A stretch of 64,000 nucleotides of DNA from Candidatus Neomicrothrix sp. (lineage in GTDB: Bacteria > Actinomycetota > Acidimicrobiia > Acidimicrobiales > Aldehydirespiratoraceae), in contig JAFMKU010000005.1 of the NCBI GenBank assembly GCA_017852795.1, positions 2,045 through 66,044 of the forward strand. The letters are read 5' to 3'. Position numbers and translations under genes: made by a program. Position 1 is the first letter of the stretch. Every line of letters begins with the position of its first letter. A model generated the notes under the pieces. It worked only from the letters and a program-made list of their open reading frames with translations, was not told where the DNA came from and made no database searches. Below, one piece after another: positions 57,803 to 64,000 of this stretch.

Positions 57803-58638
57803 GAACCCAACCGCCCAGGTGGGACACCAATCGGACCGGTTTCGACAACGTACAGATCCCCCGCACCTTCGAGTCGAGGGTCCAAACCGATCGACGCGGT
57901 GGTGATAACCAACCGGTCCAGTTCCGGGCCAGCAAACGTCGGACAAGTGACCTGGCTCGCCGGGACCTCAACAACCACATCCAGGCGCCCTTCGAGGTAG
58001 CGGTGCACGGCACTGCCTCCCCAAAGCGCCACCCAGAGGCCGCCTTCGGCATCAATACACATTCCGTCGGGGCTGCCCACCGATCGGTCGATCGCTACCC
58101 ACGGGCGACGGTTCACTGCCGACCCGGTGTCTCGGTCGTAGTCGAACTGGTCAATGCATCCAGTCGGCGTATCAATCCAATACAACGTTTCTCCGCTGGC
58201 GTCCCAAGCCAGACCGTTGGCGATCGTGACATCAGCAACCAGTCGGGTCGCGTTGTCGCTAGCCAGTGACCACAACGAACCAGCCCCCGGACGGGGCACG
58301 CCGACGGTCATCGTCCCGCCCACGAACCGCCCGGCCGGGTCGGGTTTGCCATCGTTGGCCCGCAGGTCCGGGGCCTCGACCGGGAGTTCGGCCCGCACCT
58401 GACCGGCTTCGTCAACCAGCCCGATCGGGGTCGATGCCAGAATCTCACCACCCGGCCCAAGGGCAACGGCACCAACCGGCATGGCGTGTTGGCGTACCAG
58501 CCGGGTTGTGCCCGCGAGCCCGGTGGCAAAAATTTCTCCGTTGGGGATATCCACCCAGACGATTTCCTCAGACTCGGCTCGCCAAACCGGCCCTTCGGCC
58601 AACACCGCCCCAACCGACGCCAACCGTTCGGCCCGCAT
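57790..58638 (-). CDS. SMP-30/gluconolactonase/LRE-like beta-propeller protein
   Basis: The track start (58767) lies inside the SDR gene. ATG 58638 (MRAERLASVGAVLAEGPVWRAESEEIVWVDI) is 1 nt past the SDR stop. Motifs NDGKPDPAGRF and ANGLAWD. Confidence 0.8.
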   Translation of the reverse strand: MRAERLASVGAVLAEGPVWRAESEEIVWVDIPNGEIFATGLAGTTRLVRQHAMPVGAVALGPGGEILASTPIGLVDEAGQVRAELPVEAPDLRANDGKPDPAGRFVGGTMTVGVPRPGAGSLWSLASDNATRLVADVTIANGLAWDASGETLYWIDTPTGCIDQFDYDRDTGSAVNRRPWVAIDRSVGSPDGMCIDAEGGLWVALWGGSAVHRYLEGRLDVVVEVPASQVTCPTFAGPELDRLVITTASIGLDPRLEGAGDLYVVETGPIGVPPGRLGSWAV

Positions 58639-58639
58639 G

Positions 58640-59383
58640 TCACTCACTCCCGAGTTTGGCGAGGACTCCACCGTCAACGACGAGGACCTGACCGGTGGTG
58701 TACGGACTCTGCTCACCATCGGCCAAATGCACAACCGACGGCGCGATCTGTTCCGGGGTGGCGACAAAACCTAACGGCGTGGTTTCGATCAGCCGCCGCA
58801 GGTTGCCTTCGGCCCCGTCGAGATGAGGTCGTCGGTCCAGCCCCGCCCGAAGCATCGGGGTGTCCACCGCACCGGGCAGCACTGCGTTGACGCGGATCCC
58901 TTGCGGGGCGAGTTCAACCGCAGCCGTGCGGGTCAATGCCACCAGTGCCCCTTTGGAAACCGCGTAGGCCGCCACGTTGGGCGAGGTTGCCACTGCGTGA
59001 ACCGAGGCAATGTTGACAACCGAACCACCGGTCGCTGCCAGCAGCGCCGCCCCCGCGCGAATCATCTGAAACGACGCTCGAAGGTTGGTGGCCATCACCT
59101 GATCCCAGTCCTCATCGCTGGTATCGACCAGAGGCTTGTTGATCTGGGTCGCCGCGTTGTTGATGATGCTGTCGAGGCGACCTCCTTCGGCTACCTGGGC
59201 AAGCACCCGATCGACTTCTCCAGAAACCGAAAGGTCGGCGGTGATGAACTCTAGGTCGGTGCCACGATCTGATCGTTCGCCTCGATCAACCCCGACCACA
59301 TCCCATCCGGCTTGGCTAAACCCGGTTGCGAGCGCGGCGCCGATCGCCCCGTTGCTCCCGGTGATCAGCACCCGACGGCTCAT
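58640..59383 (-). CDS. Short-chain dehydrogenase/reductase (SDR)
   Basis: 247 aa. VLITGSNGAIGAALA, NNAA, and the catalytic YAVSKGAL. Confidence 0.85.
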   Translation of the reverse strand: MSRRVLITGSNGAIGAALATGFSQAGWDVVGVDRGERSDRGTDLEFITADLSVSGEVDRVLAQVAEGGRLDSIINNAATQINKPLVDTSDEDWDQVMATNLRASFQMIRAGAALLAATGGSVVNIASVHAVATSPNVAAYAVSKGALVALTRTAAVELAPQGIRVNAVLPGAVDTPMLRAGLDRRPHLDGAEGNLRRLIETTPLGFVATPEQIAPSVVHLADGEQSPYTTGQVLVVDGGVLAKLGSE

Positions 59384-60327
59384 GGAAGCTGGATCTCTCG
59401 TCCCAATTCGCGGGCCAAGTTCTCTATCGAACGACGATGGACCCGCGCCGACGCTTCCAACGTGTTGGACCCGTTGTGGCTCCCGAAGATCACCGTCGGG
59501 ATTCCCCGAATGGGGTTGGTCGGCCCCGGCGGTTCTTCTTCGAGCACATCGAGGGCCGCCCCGACCAGATGGCCGGAACGCAACGCGTCGGCCAGCGCCG
59601 CAGTCTCGATCACATCGCCACGCCCGGTGTTCACCACGTAGGAGCCTGCGGGCATGAGGGCGATCCGTTCGGTGTTCAACAGATGATGGGTGTCTGGGGT
59701 GAGGGGGCAGTTGACCGACACCACCGAACTGGTAGCCAGCAACTCATCGAGGTCCACCACCGCGGCCCCATCGGCGATCGCGGCCTGCTGGCTTTCCGGC
59801 GAAGGATCAGCGCCGACCACATCCATCCCGGCAACCACACCGCGCCGCACCACCGCCCGGCCGATCCCACCGAGACCAATGACCCCCAGCCGTCTTCCGG
59901 CCAGAGAACGCCCCGCTGGTTTGGGCCAGGAACCGTCACGAACGCCTTCGTTCACGACGTGAAGCTGACGAAGCAGCATCACGATGTAGGCAAAGGTGAC
60001 ATCGGCGACCTCATCGTCGAACGCCCCCGGGGTGTTCGTCACCGGGATCCCCCGAGACGCGGCGTGCGCCCGGTCGATGCCGTCAACACCGATCCCCCAT
60101 TTGGAGATCGCCTTCAGGTCAGGTAGCTGATCGAGCACTTCGGCGGTGAACTTGTCGTCTCCGGCGACCACCCCGACACAGCCCGCCAACGCCGACACCA
60201 ACGCATCGCCTTCAAGGTGCTGCCCCGGGATCTCCGGTAGTACCACTTCGAACCCGGCAGCTTCGAGCGCCGGACGCCAGGCCTCGATGTCTCGGATCAA
60301 TTGAATGCACGTCACCCCGATCCTCAT
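59380..60327 (-). CDS. D-isomer-specific 2-hydroxyacid dehydrogenase (phosphoglycerate-dehydrogenase-like)
   Basis: 315 aa. NAD fold LGVIGLGGIGRAV, and GRGDVIETAALADALRSGHLVGAALDV. Confidence 0.85.
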   Translation of the reverse strand: MRIGVTCIQLIRDIEAWRPALEAAGFEVVLPEIPGQHLEGDALVSALAGCVGVVAGDDKFTAEVLDQLPDLKAISKWGIGVDGIDRAHAASRGIPVTNTPGAFDDEVADVTFAYIVMLLRQLHVVNEGVRDGSWPKPAGRSLAGRRLGVIGLGGIGRAVVRRGVVAGMDVVGADPSPESQQAAIADGAAVVDLDELLATSSVVSVNCPLTPDTHHLLNTERIALMPAGSYVVNTGRGDVIETAALADALRSGHLVGAALDVLEEEPPGPTNPIRGIPTVIFGSHNGSNTLEASARVHRRSIENLARELGREIQLP

Positions 60328-60998
60328 AACGCACCGTTGCGTTGTAGGCGATACAGGGTTTCGGCGAGGACAAAGTCCGCTTCCTTGTCGATGTCGGTCG
60401 CTTCCAGTGGGTCGATCTCGAACAGCAACGGACGTTCACCGAACCGCCGACCGTCAGCGATCTGTTCCCGGGTAAACACATACATACCGGAGTTCTCCTC
60501 ATAGATCGGCGGTAGGTCCTGGGTCCGCAACAGCACCGCAGGGTCATGGTTGACCGGTTCGCCGTCAGCGTCGTACAAACGGGTCTGCAACCGGGTCACC
60601 GAAAACAACGAGTCATAGCGGTCGGATTGCTGGTCGAGCGACCGCAACCCGGCCGAGATCGTTGCTGAGCGAAGCAGCGGACTCGTGGAGTGCACCTGCA
60701 AATACCAGTCGCTGTCCACCACCGACGCGTCGTAGCGAAGAATGTCGGTCATCGGTGTCTCCCCTCCCAGCAGGTGCGCTGGGCGGTCAAGCACCAGCAC
60801 CTCAGGGAAGTGCTCGCCACACTGGTCGGCCACCGTGGGACTGTCCGTGTCGATCACCACTTGGGTGACTTCCGGACATGCCTGCAAGGTCGTAAGCATG
60901 TGATGAAACAGCGGAGAACCATCTAGGTCGCGATAGTTCTTTCCTGGTACCCGCTCACTGCTGTGACGCAGTGGCATGAAGGCCACAACCGATGGCAT
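60324..60998 (-). CDS. Cytidylyltransferase, NeuA/KdsB (acylneuraminate cytidylyltransferase) family
   Basis: The track start (61142) lies inside the upstream GT2. ATG 60998 is preceded by AAGGAG. The N-terminus MPSVVAFMPLRHSSERVPGKNY matches the family's P-loop-like motif. Confidence 0.8.
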   Translation of the reverse strand: MPSVVAFMPLRHSSERVPGKNYRDLDGSPLFHHMLTTLQACPEVTQVVIDTDSPTVADQCGEHFPEVLVLDRPAHLLGGETPMTDILRYDASVVDSDWYLQVHSTSPLLRSATISAGLRSLDQQSDRYDSLFSVTRLQTRLYDADGEPVNHDPAVLLRTQDLPPIYEENSGMYVFTREQIADGRRFGERPLLFEIDPLEATDIDKEADFVLAETLYRLQRNGAL

Positions 60999-61008
60999 CG
61001 GACTCCTT

Positions 61009-61935
61009 CTACCCGGCTCGGTGAACGACGCGATCAGCGCGGGAACTGAACCCTTTAGGGTAATAGAAACGCCGCTTGAGCGCGGAAGTTGGGTTGCTGT
61101 TGATCCGAAAACCCTGCCAGGTCCCGATGAACTGCGCGGCACGGAACTTCGGGATCGAGAGCAGGTTGCGGAGCAGTTTGCGCCGCGGAACCGCAGCCAG
61201 ATAGTCGCGTCCGCTGTTCAACAACCAGAGCCAGAACGCCTCTAACAACCCCATCTTTTGATGACCGAAGATTCGTTTATGAGCGATCGCTTCTCGTCGA
61301 TAACGATTGCGAGTCCGGGAAAACCCTTCGCGGTGGAGATGAACGATCCCGGCGGTCGATTCGTACCAGATCCGATGCCCGGCGTTCTGAACCCGGGATG
61401 CCCAGTCGAGATCTTCTAAACCGGTGAGTTCCTCGTCGTACGGGAACTCGCTCCAGACCGTCGCCCGCACCGCACAGTTGGCGTTGTTGCAGAACGGATG
61501 GTCTTGGTTCTGATCGGACTGGTCCGGGAACCAACGACGAAAGATTTCCAGCTCGGAGAACGCCGACTGGTATTCGTCCCCGGTCTGGCGTCCGTAGACC
61601 AACGCCACATCCGGGTGCTCGTCGAACGGGCGGACCATGGCTTCCAACCAGCCGTCGCCGATCGGATAAACGTGGGCTGAGACGAACACAAATACGTCGC
61701 CTCGAGCCACGGCACAACCGCGGTTTAACGACCGGCCAAAGCTGAATTCTTCCGGCGTTATGTGCACGATATCCGCACCTGCCTGAGCGGCTAGCGCGAC
61801 GGTCTGATCGGTTGAACCCGAATCAACCAGCACAATCTGGTCCGGCGGAAGGCTCTGGTTCGCCAAGCCCTCGAGCAGCCGCGGGAGATGCACCGACTCG
61901 TTCAGTGCCCTGATCACGATCGACACCGAGGACAT
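61009..61935 (-). CDS. Glycosyltransferase family 2
   Basis: Preferred start is ATG 61935 (MSSVSIVIRALNESVHL). Motifs VLVDSGSTD and a GT-A core. The longest ORF starts at 62007. Confidence 0.8.
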   Translation of the reverse strand: MSSVSIVIRALNESVHLPRLLEGLANQSLPPDQIVLVDSGSTDQTVALAAQAGADIVHITPEEFSFGRSLNRGCAVARGDVFVFVSAHVYPIGDGWLEAMVRPFDEHPDVALVYGRQTGDEYQSAFSELEIFRRWFPDQSDQNQDHPFCNNANCAVRATVWSEFPYDEELTGLEDLDWASRVQNAGHRIWYESTAGIVHLHREGFSRTRNRYRREAIAHKRIFGHQKMGLLEAFWLWLLNSGRDYLAAVPRRKLLRNLLSIPKFRAAQFIGTWQGFRINSNPTSALKRRFYYPKGFSSRADRVVHRAG

Positions 61936-61969
61936 GGAGCCGACTTTACCCTCGGCAAGGGACGCTAAC

Positions 61970-62827
61970 GTGCCAGCGATGACCGATATCTCCGTGGTGA
62001 TCCTCACGATGGGTAACCGCCCGACCGAACTCGAAGCGGCGGTTGCTGCGGTCCGGGCTCAGCAGGTCGAAGCCACCGTGGTGCTGGTTGTCAACGGGGG
62101 TGAACCCAACCGGGCGCTGGCCGATGTGGTGGTCGACCCCGGAACCAACCTCGGGATTCCCGCTGGTCGTAATGCTGGCGCGGCGGCAACCCCGAGCGAC
62201 CTCATCGCTTTCCTTGATGATGACGGGGCGCTAGTCGATGAGGTACTCCAGCCCGCCATGGCGGCCTTCGCAGAAAACCCGGGTCTGGGGGCGTTGGCGC
62301 TTCGGATCGTCGACGAGGAAGGCGTCACCGCTCGGCGCCACCTGTCCGGGCTTCGTAAGCGACCCGAGCAAAGTGGCCCGGCCACGTCCTTCCCGGGTGG
62401 TGCGGTTCTGGTGCGGCGATCGGCCTTCGCGGCCGTCGGCGGGCTCTGCGACTCGTACTTCTACGGGTTGGAAGAAACTGATCTCGCCTGGCGGCTCATC
62501 GATGCCGGTTGGGACATCAACTACCGAGCCGACCTCCGGTTCTCTCATCCCCGGTCGTTGCCCTCGAGGCACGACGAGTTTTTCCATCACACGGCCCGAA
62601 ACCGGGTCTGGCTCGCCCATCGAACCCTTCCCGCTCCGTTGGCGGCCCTGTACGTCGTCAATTGGACCCTGATCACCGTGGCAAGAAACGTTCGGAATCC
62701 ACGAGGAATCGTCCAACACGTCCGCGGAACGATCGATGGGTTTCAGAATCTGGTCGGTCCTCGAACGCCGATGAGTTCTGCAACCGTTCGGGAATTGACC
62801 CGTCGGGGTCGGCCACCGGTGGTGTAA
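61970..62827 (+). CDS. Glycosyltransferase family 2
   Basis: ISVVILTMGNRPTEL and FLDDDGAL. GTG 61970 has AAGGGA 6 nt upstream. Alternatives are ATG 61979 or the track start 61934. Confidence 0.75.
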   Translation: MPAMTDISVVILTMGNRPTELEAAVAAVRAQQVEATVVLVVNGGEPNRALADVVVDPGTNLGIPAGRNAGAAATPSDLIAFLDDDGALVDEVLQPAMAAFAENPGLGALALRIVDEEGVTARRHLSGLRKRPEQSGPATSFPGGAVLVRRSAFAAVGGLCDSYFYGLEETDLAWRLIDAGWDINYRADLRFSHPRSLPSRHDEFFHHTARNRVWLAHRTLPAPLAALYVVNWTLITVARNVRNPRGIVQHVRGTIDGFQNLVGPRTPMSSATVRELTRRGRPPVV

Positions 62828-62859
62828 CCAAATCCCCCGCACCAGCAACACCGCTTCTC

Positions 62860-63702
62860 ATGACTAGCATCACGCCTGTGGACAACGTGCCCAACAATCT
62901 GTTTCCGCTCGCTGATAGCCGGTCGCTACGCAATTACATCAGCGAACTCTGGGAGCGTCGCGAGTTCGCCTTTGTCGTACCGATCTTTGACGCACGTATC
63001 CAAAACATGGACTCGGTCCTCGGTCAGATCTGGCACCTGCTCAATCCATTGCTCATGGTTGGCATCTACTACGTCATCTTCGGGCCGCTGCTGGACATCC
63101 AGCGAGGCGAGAACTATCTCGGCTTTCTGGTCGTCGGGGTGCTGCTGTTCCAACTCACCCAACGGATCGTGCAGGAAGCGGCGTTGGTGGTCCGGCGCAA
63201 CGAAGCACTGATCCGTTCAGTGCAGTTCCCCCGCGGGCTGCTGCCCATCTCGGCAGTTACCGGCCAGACGTTTGCGTTCCTGCCTGCGATCGCCGTGCTC
63301 TTTAGTTTCATGCTGATCACCCAAGAATGGCCAACAGCAAAATGGCTACTGTTTCCGTTGGTGTTCATCGCGCAACTTCTGATCAGCGGTGGGCTTGCCT
63401 TTGCCGTGGCCCGCATCGGGTTCGCGTTCGCTGACCTGTCTCAGATTCTGCCGCACGCCTTCCGAATGCTGTTCTATCTGTCCGGGATTCTGTTCAGCAT
63501 CGACGATTTCGTGCACAACCCAACGGTCCGCTCCTTGTTCGCGCTCAACCCGCTCTACGACATCATCACGGCTGCCCGGTGGACGCTTATGGGCACGCCC
63601 CTTCATAGTTCGGTCGTGGTGGGTTTGATTGCTTGGGCCATCGTGCTGCCCGTCGTTGGCCTGCTGTTCTTCCGTTCCGGAGAGGCACGGTACGGATCGT
63701 GA
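62860..63702 (+). CDS. ABC-2 type polysaccharide exporter permease (Wzm-like)
   Basis: The track ORF (62509) overlaps the GT2. In-frame ATG 62860 ([10 protein letters not shown]...) follows the GT2 stop. About 6 TM, with [39 protein letters not shown] typical of ABC-2 permeases. Confidence 0.8.
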   Translation: MTSITPVDNVPNNLFPLADSRSLRNYISELWERREFAFVVPIFDARIQNMDSVLGQIWHLLNPLLMVGIYYVIFGPLLDIQRGENYLGFLVVGVLLFQLTQRIVQEAALVVRRNEALIRSVQFPRGLLPISAVTGQTFAFLPAIAVLFSFMLITQEWPTAKWLLFPLVFIAQLLISGGLAFAVARIGFAFADLSQILPHAFRMLFYLSGILFSIDDFVHNPTVRSLFALNPLYDIITAARWTLMGTPLHSSVVVGLIAWAIVLPVVGLLFFRSGEARYGS

Positions 63703-64000
63703 CCGGACCAGTGTCGCTCATCGCTAACGATGTCCACGTCACGTTTCGGGTCTACGAAGACGGCCCGTCGGCACTGAAACAGGCGTTTTCCAACCGAAAG
63801 TGGAAGCGAACCCACCGAACAATCCACGCCGTCCGGGGAGTTTCGTTCTCGCTGCACGAAGGCGAAACCCTCGGAATCATCGGTTCTAACGGTTCGGGGA
63901 AATCGACGCTGCTCTCCGCGCTGACCGGTCTCACCCCACTGGATCGGGGCACCATCCATGCCGCCGATCGCCCTCGGTTGCTCGGTGTGGGAGCCGCGCT
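63699..64000 (+). CDS. Polysaccharide ABC exporter ATP-binding protein (Wzt/TagH-like), 3' end off the window
   Basis: Absent from the track because it has no in-window stop. My translation from GTG 63699 (GTGA overlap with the permease stop) reads [78 protein letters not shown], which includes a Walker A motif. Confidence 0.85.
   Translation, partial: MTGPVSLIANDVHVTFRVYEDGPSALKQAFSNRKWKRTHRTIHAVRGVSFSLHEGETLGIIGSNGSGKSTLLSALTGLTPLDRGTIHAADRPRLLGVGAA

Overview
This is a high-GC, densely coding chromosomal segment of actinobacterial type, possibly Acidimicrobiia-like (a guess from composition and gene content). I found no transposases, integrases, CRISPR arrays or prophage genes. All family calls come from motifs I read in the translations; no database search was run.

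Gene content in window order:
- 1-5.5 kb: a sulfur-related module. It has a bis-MGD molybdoenzyme that runs off the left edge, a fused 4Fe-4S/NrfD subunit, a divergent LysR regulator, and a persulfide-dioxygenase/rhodanese fusion.
- 5.5-10.2 kb: housekeeping and accessory genes, including an overlapping phosphatase / ADP-ribosylglycohydrolase / PhyH operon.
- 10.2-18.7 kb: recC-recB-recD, with recC broken by a 1-nt frameshift.
- 19-28 kb: an ABC-transporter-dependent glycan locus with a priming transferase, GT2s, Wzm/Wzt, an O-antigen-ligase-like protein and fcl.
- 28-34 kb: mixed genes, including GtrB-like GT / sulfotransferase / DUF1214-like genes.
- 34-45 kb: an agmatine/polyamine uptake and catabolism island (ald, class-III aminotransferase, GNAT, FAD oxidase, agmatinase, potDCBA, C45 hydrolase).
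- 45.7-52 kb: the most unusual block. It contains an 808-aa anchored repeat protein with a (Asp-Pro)12 linker. Next come a 995-aa polytopic-membrane/GT2/Maf-like three-module enzyme and an FkbM methyltransferase translationally coupled to it.
- 52.4 kb: an initiator tRNA-Met.
- 56.8-64 kb: a second glycan locus, with a tightly coupled six-gene operon that includes a NeuA/KdsB-type cytidylyltransferase, plus a second Wzm/Wzt pair.

Many long ORFs in the track are antisense or alternate-frame shadows typical of high-GC DNA, and I rejected them.
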